A DNA stretch of 64,000 nt. Source: Planctomycetota bacterium. Its GTDB lineage: Bacteria; Planctomycetota; UBA1135; UBA2386. Both the position numbers and the translations under genes were made by a program. Below, one piece after another: positions 49,299 to 59,891 of the stretch. The stretch is taken from positions 5,056,001-5,120,000 of the forward strand of contig OZ245838.1 in NCBI GenBank assembly GCA_965228735.1. Direction: 5' to 3'. Every line of letters starts with the position of its first letter. Position 1 is the first letter of the stretch. Below the pieces are notes generated by a model, which was given only the letters and a program-made list of their open reading frames with translations, was not told the origin of the DNA and searched no databases.

Positions 49299-50668
49299 GA
49301 TCGACCGCCGCATTGCTGTTGCCCGTTCTCTGCGTGAGCCCGTTCTGCGTCGGTGCCGCACCCGCGCAGACCGCGAACGCCCGCGATGCCATTCAGGCGC
49401 GGGTCGCCAGGATGCTCGCCGACGTCGACGCCGCGCGGATCGAGGCGACCGTGCGCAAGCTCTGCAGCTTCGGGTCGCGGCATCCGCTGTCCGCGACCGA
49501 CAGCGCGACGACGGGCACGGGCGCGGCACGCCGCTGGCTGCGGGCGCAGTACGAGGAGATCGTCACGACGGCGAACGGTCGGCTGGCGGTCGATCTGCAA
49601 GAGGTGACGGTGCCGTGCCGGCGGCGCGGGATGCCCGAGGAGATCACGCTCGTGAACGTGATCGCGACGCTCCGCGGCACGACGGATCCCGAACGGGTCT
49701 ATGTCGTGGGCGGGCACTACGACTCGCGCAACAGCACCGGCAGCGATGGCGAAGGTCGGGCGCCGGGTGCGGTCGACGACGCGTCCGGCACGGCGGTCGC
49801 GCTCGAGGCGTGCCGCGTGATGGCGCGGCACGAGTTCGCGGCGACGGTCGTGTTCGTGGCCTACGACGGCGAGGAGCAGGGGCTGCTCGGCAGCAAGGCG
49901 CACGCGGCGGCGCTGGCCGAAGCCGGCACCAAGGTCGATGGCATGATCACGTGCGACATCGTCGGCAACACGACCGGGATGGACGGCAAGACCTACGACC
50001 GCTACGTGCGTTGCTTCAGCTACGCGCCGACCGGGAACGACAGCTTCGGCCGCAGCATGGCGCGCGCGTGCAGCTTCGCGCAGCGGCGGCACGTCGGCGA
50101 CGAGCTGGCCGTCAAACTGATCTACCGCGGCGACCGCTACGGGCGCGGCGGCGACCACCGACCGTTCTTCGACCAGGGCTTTCCGGCCGTTCGCATGACG
50201 GAGCCGCGCGAGGACTTCTCGCGGCAGCACCAGGACATCACGATGCGGGACGGCAAGGAGTACGGCGACCTGCCCGACTACGCGGACTTCGGCTACACGG
50301 CGCGGGTGACCAAGGTCGTCGTCGCCACGCTGGCCGAGCTCGCCTCGGCGCCACCGCCGCCGCTCGTGCGCGGCGCCCGCCTGCGGCGCGATGCGTACGA
50401 CACCGAGGTGTTCTTCGTGCCGCCCGCGGGCGTCACGGACTTCGAGTTCGTGTGGCGCGAGACGACGGCGGCGGACTGGACGCACGTCGTCCCGCGGGAC
50501 GACATCACGATGGGCGAGGGGCGCGGCACGGTGAGCGCGCGACTGCCGGACGTCTGCCTCGACGACGTCGTCGTCGGCGTGCGCTCCGTCGGCGCGGACG
50601 GCAGTCGCAGTCGCGTCGCGACGCCGCCGGAGCCCGACCGCTTCAACAACCGCAGAGGTGGCCGTTGA
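49295..50668 (+). CDS. Secreted M28-family metallopeptidase
   Basis: GHYDS, GAVDDASG, GEEQGLLGS, GGDH. Confidence 0.9.
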   Translation: MRSTAALLLPVLCVSPFCVGAAPAQTANARDAIQARVARMLADVDAARIEATVRKLCSFGSRHPLSATDSATTGTGAARRWLRAQYEEIVTTANGRLAVDLQEVTVPCRRRGMPEEITLVNVIATLRGTTDPERVYVVGGHYDSRNSTGSDGEGRAPGAVDDASGTAVALEACRVMARHEFAATVVFVAYDGEEQGLLGSKAHAAALAEAGTKVDGMITCDIVGNTTGMDGKTYDRYVRCFSYAPTGNDSFGRSMARACSFAQRRHVGDELAVKLIYRGDRYGRGGDHRPFFDQGFPAVRMTEPREDFSRQHQDITMRDGKEYGDLPDYADFGYTARVTKVVVATLAELASAPPPPLVRGARLRRDAYDTEVFFVPPAGVTDFEFVWRETTAADWTHVVPRDDITMGEGRGTVSARLPDVCLDDVVVGVRSVGADGSRSRVATPPEPDRFNNRRGGR

Positions 50669-53331
50669 GTTCCCGGTTTGCGTGGGTCGCGCTCGCGACC
50701 GTTCTCGTGCTCGCCGGCTGCGAAGGCAGCGGCTCGGACATCGGCCCGCGCCTGGCGCCGCTGCCGGAGGCCAGCAGCAAGGTCAGCGTCCTGAGCGACG
50801 GCAACGCGGGCGTCTGCGGCGCGCGCGTGACGATCCTCGGTGCCGGCATCGAAGCGATCACGGGGCGCAACGGCCGCGCCGAGCTGTTCGCGAGCCCCGC
50901 GGGGGATCGCCTCGTGCGCGTCGACGGTTCCGCCGCGGCGGCGCAGGACGGCGATCGACTCGGCACCCTGACCGTCGCGCTGCCGTTGCCGGGCGGCGAC
51001 GTGCCGCGCGCGTTCTTCCTGCCGGATACGAACGCGGGCGGCGCGTCGACGGTCGCGGTCGGCACGCAGGGCACGACGACCAACGTCCTCGCGCCCGCGA
51101 GCATCGGCGGGCAGCTCGTGATCCAGTCGGGCAGCAGCGTCGGGATCACCGGCACGGCCGCGAACGTGACCGTTCGGACCGGCGCGCTCGCGCCGCAGCA
51201 TCTGCCCGGGCAGCTGCCGGCCGGCATCTTGTTCGGTGCGGGTATCTACATCGACCCGCTCGATCTGACGATCACGCCGGGTGCGGATCTGACGCTCGAC
51301 TACGACCTCGGGGCGTCGGGCACCGTGACGTTGTATCGCCTCGACGATGCGACGGGCACGTGGCTCACGATCGGCACGGGAACGGTCGGATCCGGCAGCA
51401 TCACGGCGGCCGGTGCGGTCACCATGGGCGGGCTCTACGCGTTCGGCGCCCCGGTCACGACGGGCACGGTGACGGGGCGCGTCGTCGATGCGGCGAGCAC
51501 GCCGGCGATCAGCGTGTTCAACGCGCTCGTCAACGTCGACGGTCGCTGGGGCACGACGGACGGCAACGGCGAGTTCAGCGTCGCGGGCGTGCCCGCGTTC
51601 GTCGGCGACAACACGACGGCGCGGAGCGCGACCATCGAGCTGTTCGCCGGCGGCACGTGGCTGCCCGCCGTCGCCACGGCCAGCGTGACGATGAACGGCG
51701 CGGGGGAGGCCGATGCCGGCGAGATCGTGTTCGACACGCTGCGGGCCGGCAATATCCGCGTGCAGCAGGTCAAGCGCGCGCGCGCCGAACGGTTCCGCTT
51801 GCAGCGCGTGAGTTCGCTCGACGGCGGGGTCACGCGCGCGACGCTCTCCGACGCGAACGGTCAGGCGATCATCGAGGACGTGCCGGCGCGCTGGTTCGGT
51901 TTCCAGGACGCGTTCGCGAAGGACCGGACGTTCTCGTTCTACTCGCAGGCGACGGGCTTCAACGCGGCGGGTCGTCGCTGGCTCGATATCTTCCAGTTCT
52001 ACGACGAGTTCACGTGGTTCGCCGGGTCGCGCAGCTCGCGCGTCATCATCAGTGACGCGGTCGGCACCGGGCCCGTCTTCGACGCGTCGCTCGTGCGGGG
52101 CAGCATGGCGGGCGAGGGCTTCGCCGGCTTCTCCCGCGAGACGGGGTTGCTGTTCTCGGAGCGCGCGTTCGATGGTCGCGCGACCGCGGTCGTGCGGACC
52201 GCGCGGGAAGGTGTCACCGTCGTTCATGCGCTGTCGATCGTGCGGCCCGACGGCGAGAAGCTCGAGATGCCGCTGCGCCAGGCCTACCGCACGTCGCTCG
52301 GTCGCTTCGATCGGCACGGCCTCGTCGCCGGCACGATCACCGGCGCCAACGGCAGTGCGACGCACGAACTCAGGACCACGCGGCGGTTGCGACTGCGGGA
52401 GTGGTGGGAGGAGGTCGTCGACGGCTTCACGATCCCGTCCGCGCTGCCCGTCGATGTCGATCCAGCAACGACCCACGGTGCATTCCAGGTCGGTATGGAC
52501 AAGGTCGGCGGCAACATCGTGACCGCAGAGCTCGACACGTCGAGCGGACGGCGACTCGACAAACTCGCGGTCGCGACCGGTGTCGCAGCTCAGGAAGGGA
52601 CGGTCACGACACTCGACGTGCCGCTCGATCACGTGGCGAACGTCACGTACACGGCCGCGGGCGCGCTCGCCGCGCTCGAACCGACGCTTGCCGGCGGATT
52701 CGCGGTCGACCTGGCGTTGAGCGATCGCGACGGGTTCGCCGTCGATGTCACGCGGGCGCTCACGGGCAACCACACCGTCAGCGGCAACGACCTCGCGCTG
52801 ACGCTGCCTGCGCTCTCGGGCGGGCTCGCGAACTGGCGCTGGAGCGCCCTCGCGAAGACGAGCGGGACGGTAGCGGGCAACCCGGCGACGCAGGCCGCGT
52901 TCGTGCGGTTCGACAACAACGGGTCCATCGGCGCTCCGACCGTGCTGCCGCTGCCGACGCTGACCGTCGACGGCACGCCGACGACGGATTCGGTCATGAC
53001 GTCGTTCGTGCTGCCGGCCAACACGTTCTACGGCGTGCTGAGCTTGAAGGCGCAGTCGGGCAGCGACGAACTGCTGCTCTGGGACGTCTACCTGCCGCCG
53101 GACGTCACGAGCTTCGAGTTCGTCCGGCTGCCCGATCAGGCCGCGACGCCGCTCGTGCCCGGCCGCGGCTACACGCTCACGCTGACGGCCTACGGCTCGT
53201 CGGGCAACGGCGGCGTCATCGCGCAGTCCGACAACACGTATCGGATCGTGACGACATACCTGCAGTCGATCAGTGCGACCGAGTGGGGGGTGGATGCGTT
53301 CAGCTCCGTGCAGGTCACGTTCTCGCTCTGA
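50665..53331 (+). CDS. Large beta-rich lipoprotein with carboxypeptidase-regulatory-like domains
   Basis: TTG start overlapping the upstream stop; lipobox LAGC; Thr/Gly-rich. Confidence 0.8.
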   Translation: MSSRFAWVALATVLVLAGCEGSGSDIGPRLAPLPEASSKVSVLSDGNAGVCGARVTILGAGIEAITGRNGRAELFASPAGDRLVRVDGSAAAAQDGDRLGTLTVALPLPGGDVPRAFFLPDTNAGGASTVAVGTQGTTTNVLAPASIGGQLVIQSGSSVGITGTAANVTVRTGALAPQHLPGQLPAGILFGAGIYIDPLDLTITPGADLTLDYDLGASGTVTLYRLDDATGTWLTIGTGTVGSGSITAAGAVTMGGLYAFGAPVTTGTVTGRVVDAASTPAISVFNALVNVDGRWGTTDGNGEFSVAGVPAFVGDNTTARSATIELFAGGTWLPAVATASVTMNGAGEADAGEIVFDTLRAGNIRVQQVKRARAERFRLQRVSSLDGGVTRATLSDANGQAIIEDVPARWFGFQDAFAKDRTFSFYSQATGFNAAGRRWLDIFQFYDEFTWFAGSRSSRVIISDAVGTGPVFDASLVRGSMAGEGFAGFSRETGLLFSERAFDGRATAVVRTAREGVTVVHALSIVRPDGEKLEMPLRQAYRTSLGRFDRHGLVAGTITGANGSATHELRTTRRLRLREWWEEVVDGFTIPSALPVDVDPATTHGAFQVGMDKVGGNIVTAELDTSSGRRLDKLAVATGVAAQEGTVTTLDVPLDHVANVTYTAAGALAALEPTLAGGFAVDLALSDRDGFAVDVTRALTGNHTVSGNDLALTLPALSGGLANWRWSALAKTSGTVAGNPATQAAFVRFDNNGSIGAPTVLPLPTLTVDGTPTTDSVMTSFVLPANTFYGVLSLKAQSGSDELLLWDVYLPPDVTSFEFVRLPDQAATPLVPGRGYTLTLTAYGSSGNGGVIAQSDNTYRIVTTYLQSISATEWGVDAFSSVQVTFSL

Positions 53332-53365
53332 AGCCGGCCGGGCTGGTGTCGCCGCTGCGCGCACC

Positions 53366-54631
53366 ATGCTGGCGGTCGCGTTGCTGACGCTCGGCGGCTG
53401 CTTCGCGCCGCCGCCGCCGCCGTCGCGCGAGGAGGTGCTCGCCTCGGTGCGCTTCTGGCTCGCCGATGGCCGGCTCGAACAGGCGGACGAGGCGACGCAG
53501 CGGCTGCGACAGATCCGCCGCGACGACTTCGAAGCCGAGTACTGGAGTTCGGTCGTCGCCGAACTGCGCTGGCAGGACGATCTCGCCGTGCGGCACCAAC
53601 TCGCCGCGATCCGGTGGGCGCGCGCCGCCGGTGTGGCGCCCGACGTCGATCGGGCGCTGCGCGGCCGGCTCGGTGACCTGCTGTTCCAGGCCGGTCGGTT
53701 CGGGGAGTCCGCCGAGCCGCTCAAGGTCGGCGCGGTCGGGCCGGATGCCGAACGTCGCGCCGCGTTCGCCGCGATCACGGGTGCGCTGCCGTTCACCAGG
53801 CAGGTTGCGGGGCCGCTGCTGACGGAGCAGCCGCTGCTCGAGAGTCCGTTCCCCGAGTTCGTCTGTCGGGCCGGCAACCTGCAGCGGCCGTTCGCGATCG
53901 ATACCGGCACGTCGATGACGACGCTGTCGCGTTCGTTCGCCAAGGAGCTCGGCGTCCGCAGTCTGCGCTCCGGTGGCCGCGCGGAGGACAGCGCCGGGCG
54001 CGCGATCGAGATTCAGGTCGGTGTCCTGCCGCGCTTCGCGGTCGGCGACGTGCAGCTCGGCGACGTGCCTGTGCTCGTCGTCGACGACGCGGCGCTCATG
54101 CTGCGGGATCTGCACGGCGGTCCGGACCGGATCCCGCGCGGCGTGCTCGGCCTCGATCAGCTCGGTGCGTTCCGGCTCACGGTCGACCCCGAACGCGACA
54201 GCGTGACGCTCGAACTGCCGCGCGGGTTGCCCGTGCTCGAATCCGTGCAATGCGTGCGAGCTGACGGCCGCTGCCTGCTGCCGGTGACGATCGAGGGGGC
54301 TCGGCTGTGGTTCGTCTTCGACACCGGCGCGAGTCACTCGAGCCTGACGGAGGCGGGCGCGGCCGCGCTGCCACGCGGTCGGCGCGCAACCCCGTCGTTC
54401 CGCCGCGTCCGCACGGTCGGCGGCTCGCTCGTCGCCGTGCGCGAAGTTCGCGGTCTCGTGCTGCGCGTCTCGGACGCGCGGTTCCGCGGCGTTACGCTGC
54501 CGATCGTGCCACGCGGCCCCGAAGGCTCCTTCCCGGTGCACGGGGTGCTCGGCATGGATCTCGTGAGCCGCTGCCGCGTCACCTTCGATCGCGGTCGGGC
54601 TCGCGTCCTAGCGCTCGCCGAATCCCGATGA
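53366..54631 (+). CDS. Lipoprotein with TPR-like region and two retropepsin-like aspartyl protease domains
   Basis: Lipobox LGGC; IDTGT...GVLGLD and FDTGA...GVLGMD. Confidence 0.85.
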   Translation: MLAVALLTLGGCFAPPPPPSREEVLASVRFWLADGRLEQADEATQRLRQIRRDDFEAEYWSSVVAELRWQDDLAVRHQLAAIRWARAAGVAPDVDRALRGRLGDLLFQAGRFGESAEPLKVGAVGPDAERRAAFAAITGALPFTRQVAGPLLTEQPLLESPFPEFVCRAGNLQRPFAIDTGTSMTTLSRSFAKELGVRSLRSGGRAEDSAGRAIEIQVGVLPRFAVGDVQLGDVPVLVVDDAALMLRDLHGGPDRIPRGVLGLDQLGAFRLTVDPERDSVTLELPRGLPVLESVQCVRADGRCLLPVTIEGARLWFVFDTGASHSSLTEAGAAALPRGRRATPSFRRVRTVGGSLVAVREVRGLVLRVSDARFRGVTLPIVPRGPEGSFPVHGVLGMDLVSRCRVTFDRGRARVLALAESR

Positions 54632-55596
54632 CGATCGACGCCACTCCGCCGCTCGACGAACTCCATGAGCCGATCGGCCGGCTCGGCGAGGACGGTACGA
54701 TCGAGCCGTGCAACCGCGCGATGCGCACGTTGCTCGTCGACCTCGGCGCCGCGCGGCTCGAGGACCTGCCGGCGCGGACGCGCACGGCCTGCGGTATCCG
54801 GGTCGTCGAGCACGACGGCGAGCGTTGGGTCCTCGCGCGCGATGTCGAAGCGGGGACCGAGAGGCTCGCGGCCGCGCGGGTGCGCAATCTGGGCTGCCTC
54901 GTCGGCGACATCGTGCACGATCTCGCCAACGTGCTGCACGGCGGGGTCGCGCTGTCGAGCTCGTTGAGCAGCTACGCGCGCGATGACGCCGAGCGCCTCG
55001 TGCTCGAACAGGTCCTCGACGCGGCCCAGAACGGCACCCGCGTCGCCGGCACGCTCGCCAAGCTGCTCGAGACCGGGCCGCGCGAGTGGCGCAACGTGCC
55101 GGCGGCCGAACTGCTGAACGACGCAGCGTCCGTCGTGCAGAAGCACGCGATGAACCAGGGCATCGAGCTCGACGTCGTCGCCGACTGCAACGCGGTCGTT
55201 CGCGGTCCGGATGCCGAGCTCGTGCAGGCCGTGCTCGCGATGATCTGGTTCGCCATACGAGCCGGTGGCTCGCGGGTCCAGGCGAGCGTCCGGTCCCTGG
55301 TGACGAACGAGATCCCGGCGGAACTCGGAGCCGGCCGCGCGTTCGCGCGTTTCCGCTTCGTGGCCGGACCGCTCGATGTGGCCACGGTTGCGGCGCAGGC
55401 GGAGCGGCTGCTCACCGTTCGAGATGCGCTTCGCGGAGCGGCCGACGACCCCGAGTCGAGGAGCTTCTCCTTGCTCGTGACGCAGCTCGTCGTGCTGCGG
55501 CTCGGTGGCCTGGTGCGGGTGGCAAGCGCCGCGGAGGTCGGCGTCGACGAGCTCGCGCTCGACCTCGTGCTGCCGACGGTTCGCGCCCGCGAGTGA
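54628..55596 (+). CDS. Degenerate histidine-kinase-like protein
   Basis: H-box IVHDLANVL present; N and G boxes not recognisable. Confidence 0.65.
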   Translation: MTIDATPPLDELHEPIGRLGEDGTIEPCNRAMRTLLVDLGAARLEDLPARTRTACGIRVVEHDGERWVLARDVEAGTERLAAARVRNLGCLVGDIVHDLANVLHGGVALSSSLSSYARDDAERLVLEQVLDAAQNGTRVAGTLAKLLETGPREWRNVPAAELLNDAASVVQKHAMNQGIELDVVADCNAVVRGPDAELVQAVLAMIWFAIRAGGSRVQASVRSLVTNEIPAELGAGRAFARFRFVAGPLDVATVAAQAERLLTVRDALRGAADDPESRSFSLLVTQLVVLRLGGLVRVASAAEVGVDELALDLVLPTVRARE

Positions 55597-55600
55597 CCGG

Positions 55601-57637
55601 TCAGTCGCCGCCGATCACGAACGGTTCGGTCGCCTCTGCGCTCTCGATGCCACGCATGAGACGCTGCTCACGGTCGTGGTCGAAATCGTAGCCGCCGAAA
55701 CGGATCTCCTGATACGTGCGGAAGGCGTCCGCGACCGCCGGTTCGAGCCGTTGCCGCGCCGAGAGGACTGCCGCGAACTGTTCGAGCGTCTGGCCACGCT
55801 GGCGCAGGTGGCCGCGGTGACCGAGCACTCGCAGGATCCGAACGAGCAATCGGCGCGCGGTTCGCAGCGAGCGCGGCACGACGATCGGCGCTTCGGTCGG
55901 TCGGCCAGCCGGCCACATCGTCGCGGCTATCGCCAGCACGATGACGAGGATCAGGAACCACGGTTGCAGCACGAACTCGAGCAGCCCGGCCCAGAACGAC
56001 CAGGTGCTCGACTCGGCCCCACCGCCGAAGCCGTCGTCCTCGGCGACCGGCGCGAGCTCCGAGGGCATGCGTTGGCCGCGTTCTTCGGGCGGCGTCGGGT
56101 CGAACACGACGTAGCCACGGTCCCGCACGAGGATCTCCACCCACGCGTGCGCGTGCTGCGAGCCGTAGCTGCGGGCTTCGGGGTCGCGCCGGTCCGGGTC
56201 GCCGCCGTAGAGCCCGACGCCGATGCGGCACGGAATGCCGCGCAGCCGCAGCATCAGCGCGGCGGCGGTCGCGAAGTGCATGCAGTAGCCGCGCTTGTCC
56301 CCGTCGTGGAACAGGAAGTTGTCGATCGTGTTGACGTAGGGCCCGATCGGCTCGATGCGGTCGTAGCGGCAGCGGGCGCCGAGTCCGGCTGCGATGGTGC
56401 TCGCGACCTGGTGCACGTTACTGCCATAGGCGCCCCAGTCGTCCATGAGCTGTTCGTAGCGCGTATGCACCAGCGTTTCGGGCAGCTCGAGCAGGCCGAG
56501 TTCACGGCCGAGCCGCTGGTCGATGGTCACGTTGCGCAGCGAACCGAGATGCGTCTGGTAGGAGACGAAGTAGTCGGTCTGCTCGGCGAACTGGCGCTGG
56601 CGCAGCCAGAGCCGCCGGCGATCGATCTGCAGTTCGGGGACGCCGCGGAGCTCGACCGCGTGCGGCGGCACGAACACGAAGTTGCGAGCGCCCTGGAACC
56701 GTTCGATCTCGAGGCCGAGCACCGGGCCGCCCGGGTCGGCGTCCTGGATCAGGTGGTCGGTGCCGCCGGTCGGGGGTGCGGTGTCGACGCGGCCGATGAG
56801 CCACCGTTCCATCTCGGGCACGGCGAAGAAGCCCGAGCGCAGGTAGAGGTCGGTCGGCACCGGGCTGCGATCGTCCGTCCGCACGACGACGAGTTCCTCG
56901 CCGGCCAGATCCGCGAGCACACCGCCGCCGCCGAGGTCGAACGAGTCGTCGAGCCCCGTCTGCGTCTGCCCCTGCGGCTGCGCGGGTGCGCTGGCCGTCG
57001 GCGTGTCATCCGACTGCACGGGCGACGGCACCCAGGCCAACGTCCGGTCGATCGCGAACGCGACGAACAGGCACGGCAACGCGACGGCGAGTCCCGCCAT
57101 CACCACGGGCTGGACCGGCAGGCGCAGCGACGCGGCCGGCCGGTGCCCGAGGGTCGCGGCGCGGGCCGCGAGGTGGGTCTCGAGCCGCAGCGACAGGCAC
57201 GCCGCGACGCCGTAGGCCGCGAGGAGGAGCGGGTTCGCGCCACCGAGGATCACCCCGACGAGCAACACGCAGAAGCTCAGGAACAGGCCGAGTGCGGCGT
57301 CGGAGTCGCGGCGCCGAACGATCACGAACGACAAGGGCGGCAGGATCGTGCACGCGAGCACCGCCGGCCGTGACAGCGAGCCCGCGTACTCGAGCGCGAG
57401 CGCGAACGCGACGATCTGCGCGAGCGAGGCGGCGATCGTCCGCAGCCAAGGCCGGTGCGAGCGGCGCCGCAGGCTGCCGAACAGCGCGGCCGGCAGCGTC
57501 CACGCGAGCAGCCAGCCGGCCGGCAGCTGATCGTGCGGCAGGTTGCCGATCGCGAGGCCGCCACAGAGCAACAGCGCGATGCCGGCAGCGCGGTCGGCGC
57601 GCCGGGCGGTGCGGTGAGGTCGGTCGAACAACGTCAT
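55601..57637 (-). CDS. Membrane transglutaminase-like protein (TgpA/DUF3488 type)
   Basis: Multi-TM N-terminus; GYCMHFA, HAWVE, FDPTP catalytic triad. Confidence 0.9.
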   Translation of the reverse strand: MTLFDRPHRTARRADRAAGIALLLCGGLAIGNLPHDQLPAGWLLAWTLPAALFGSLRRRSHRPWLRTIAASLAQIVAFALALEYAGSLSRPAVLACTILPPLSFVIVRRRDSDAALGLFLSFCVLLVGVILGGANPLLLAAYGVAACLSLRLETHLAARAATLGHRPAASLRLPVQPVVMAGLAVALPCLFVAFAIDRTLAWVPSPVQSDDTPTASAPAQPQGQTQTGLDDSFDLGGGGVLADLAGEELVVVRTDDRSPVPTDLYLRSGFFAVPEMERWLIGRVDTAPPTGGTDHLIQDADPGGPVLGLEIERFQGARNFVFVPPHAVELRGVPELQIDRRRLWLRQRQFAEQTDYFVSYQTHLGSLRNVTIDQRLGRELGLLELPETLVHTRYEQLMDDWGAYGSNVHQVASTIAAGLGARCRYDRIEPIGPYVNTIDNFLFHDGDKRGYCMHFATAAALMLRLRGIPCRIGVGLYGGDPDRRDPEARSYGSQHAHAWVEILVRDRGYVVFDPTPPEERGQRMPSELAPVAEDDGFGGGAESSTWSFWAGLLEFVLQPWFLILVIVLAIAATMWPAGRPTEAPIVVPRSLRTARRLLVRILRVLGHRGHLRQRGQTLEQFAAVLSARQRLEPAVADAFRTYQEIRFGGYDFDHDREQRLMRGIESAEATEPFVIGGD

Positions 57638-58704
57638 TCGGGACCTCCGACGACGCGCACGGCGGCGGGCAGGACCTGGTGGTCCTTGTCCGCGAGGTAG
57701 GAGCCGGCGGGGATCCAGTAGCAGTGTTCGTAGCCGCGCAGGTCGTCGAGCAGGCGCGGCGGCAGCGGTTGGTGCTCCACCGGGCCGGCCTCCGACAGCA
57801 GCGTCATGAGCGCGCGCTCGCGCGCCGGGCTCTGGACGAGCGTGCGGGTCGGTTCGTCGTCGATCACCGCGACGTCGACCTCCGCGCCGCGGCCGCGCAG
57901 CGTCGTGACGAGGGTCGCGCACGCCCCGAGGCTCCACTCGAAGCGGCGGCCGCCGCCGTCGATGCGGCGACCCGGCGGCCGCCGCATGTCGAGGACGATG
58001 CCGACCGTGCGCGGCATGCGACCGCGCGATACCCGGCGCACGAGGGTGCCGAGCGCCGCGCTGCGCAGCGCGTGCACGGCGCGCGCGTCCTCGTCCGCCT
58101 GGTGCTCGCGCAGCGAGTGGAACTCCGGGCCGGGCAGCACGGAACGATCGCGCGGCGCGGCCTCGCGTTCGGCGACCGTCGACAGCACCTCGGCGGACAG
58201 CCGCACGCGCGCGGGCTCGGTGATGAGGTCGGCCGGCACGGCGATCACGGCCTGCGCGCGGAACAGTCCGAGCGGCCAGCCCGAAGCGAGGGTGAGCACG
58301 CGTTCGACGATGTGACTGCGCCGGTTGCTGCGCGCGCGGTAGGTCAGTCGCTGGGGCTCGAATGGGCGCAGAACGCTGACGAGCTGCGGCGGTTCGGTGC
58401 GCATCGTGCGCGGCTCGTGGATCAGGCACTCGCGCAGCGGCCAGCGGCCCTGGTGGGTGAGCATCACGTTCTCGGTGAACGGCGCGCCAGCGATCGTGCG
58501 CCGGGGTCCGATGCGGACCTCGGTCTCGTGCATGCGGCGCTGCTTGGCCACGAAGTCGACGAGCAGCGGCGCCGCGAGCAGCGCCGCCGCGATCCGCGCG
58601 TTGGGGTCCTCGCCGAGCCAGGCCGCAGCGCCTGCGAGGCCGGCCAGCCACGCGAGCACCTTGCCGCGCATCGTGAGCTCGATCGTGCTGTGCGTCGACG
58701 CCAT
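57634..58704 (-). CDS. DUF58 protein
   Basis: PLGLF, EFHSLREH...DARAVH; lies between MoxR and transglutaminase genes. Confidence 0.85.
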   Translation of the reverse strand: MASTHSTIELTMRGKVLAWLAGLAGAAAWLGEDPNARIAAALLAAPLLVDFVAKQRRMHETEVRIGPRRTIAGAPFTENVMLTHQGRWPLRECLIHEPRTMRTEPPQLVSVLRPFEPQRLTYRARSNRRSHIVERVLTLASGWPLGLFRAQAVIAVPADLITEPARVRLSAEVLSTVAEREAAPRDRSVLPGPEFHSLREHQADEDARAVHALRSAALGTLVRRVSRGRMPRTVGIVLDMRRPPGRRIDGGGRRFEWSLGACATLVTTLRGRGAEVDVAVIDDEPTRTLVQSPARERALMTLLSEAGPVEHQPLPPRLLDDLRGYEHCYWIPAGSYLADKDHQVLPAAVRVVGGPE

Positions 58705-59615
58705 CAGTCGGGCAGCGGCGTCTCGGCAAGGACTTCGTGGAGCAGCGCGTCGGTTTCGCCGCCGCTCTGCGTGGTGATCCGGTGCGCCCACGCCGGCACG
58801 ATGAGCGCGCGCACGTCGTCGGGCACGACGAAGTCGCGACCGTGCAGGTAGGCACGCGCGCGGCAGGCGCGATGCAGCGCCTGGGCGCCGCGGGTGCTGA
58901 CGCCGAGCACGGCGTCGCCGGCCGAACGCGTGCGCTGCGCGAGCTCGACCATGAACGCCGTGAGCTCGCGGTCGCAGCGCACCTCGAGCACCTGCTTGCG
59001 CCCGGCGCGCACGTCGTCCGCCGACGCGACCGAAGCGAGCCCGTCGACGATCTCGTGGCCGTCCTCGCGCGCGACGACGTCGATCTCGTTCTCGGTGTCG
59101 GGATAGCCGAGCTGGATGCGCAGCAGGAAGCGGTCGAGCTGGTTCTCCGGCAGGGGATAGGTGCCGGCCGAAGTCAGCGGGTTCTGCGTCGCGATCACGA
59201 GGAACGGATCGGGCAGCTGGTGGGTCTCGCGATCGACCGTGACGCGCCCTTCGGCCATGCACTCGAGCAGTGCGGACTGCGTGCGCGGCGGCGTGCGGTT
59301 GAGTTCGTCGGCGAGCAGCACCGACGCGAAGATCGGGCCTTGCCGGAACGTCAGCTCACCCGTCTTGGGGTGGTAGATCTGCGCGCCGACGATGTCCGCC
59401 GGCAGCAGGTCGGCCGTGCACTGGATCCGCTGGAACGGCAGATCGAGGGCCTGCGCGATCGAGCGCGCGAGCAGCGTCTTGCCGACGCCCGGGTGGTCCT
59501 CGATGAGCAGGTGGCCGCCCGCGAACAGCGTGATCAACGCGTGCTCGATGGCCTCCTGCTTGCCCCTCAGCCCTTGGCCGATCCGGTCGGCGAGCCTATT
59601 CGCGAGTTCTGTCAT
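58704..59615 (-). CDS. moxR: MoxR-family AAA+ ATPase
   Basis: HLLIEDHPGVGKT, LLADELNR, ATQNP, YPLPENQLDRF. Confidence 0.95.
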   Translation of the reverse strand: MTELANRLADRIGQGLRGKQEAIEHALITLFAGGHLLIEDHPGVGKTLLARSIAQALDLPFQRIQCTADLLPADIVGAQIYHPKTGELTFRQGPIFASVLLADELNRTPPRTQSALLECMAEGRVTVDRETHQLPDPFLVIATQNPLTSAGTYPLPENQLDRFLLRIQLGYPDTENEIDVVAREDGHEIVDGLASVASADDVRAGRKQVLEVRCDRELTAFMVELAQRTRSAGDAVLGVSTRGAQALHRACRARAYLHGRDFVVPDDVRALIVPAWAHRITTQSGGETDALLHEVLAETPLPD

Positions 59616-59891
59616 CCTGCCTCGGCAAGCATACGGTCTGCGGCCCGTTCGGGCAGTGTCCCGGAGTGGGTCTGGAGTCGTGCGAGCGCTCCGGCCACGG
59701 GCCCGTCGGGACGATACCGTCGCCGGGATCGGCACGGCGGAGAGAATCCCGACGGTGGCCCGAAGCGAGCCGCTGGTCAATCGTTGCGAAACACCCGGCC
59801 GTGTCTTGCGCTGAGTGGATCGCCTCTGGACAACGGCTGGACCGGCGAACGGTTCAGCCGCTGTCACCCGAACTTCGAAGGAAGGCTCCGT

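Noticed and set aside
49295..50668. M28 protein as the glutaminyl cyclase behind the A|Q pattern
   Set aside because: Its motifs (GAVDDASG, EEQGLLGS) look like an ordinary M28 aminopeptidase; a cyclase call cannot be supported without a phylogeny
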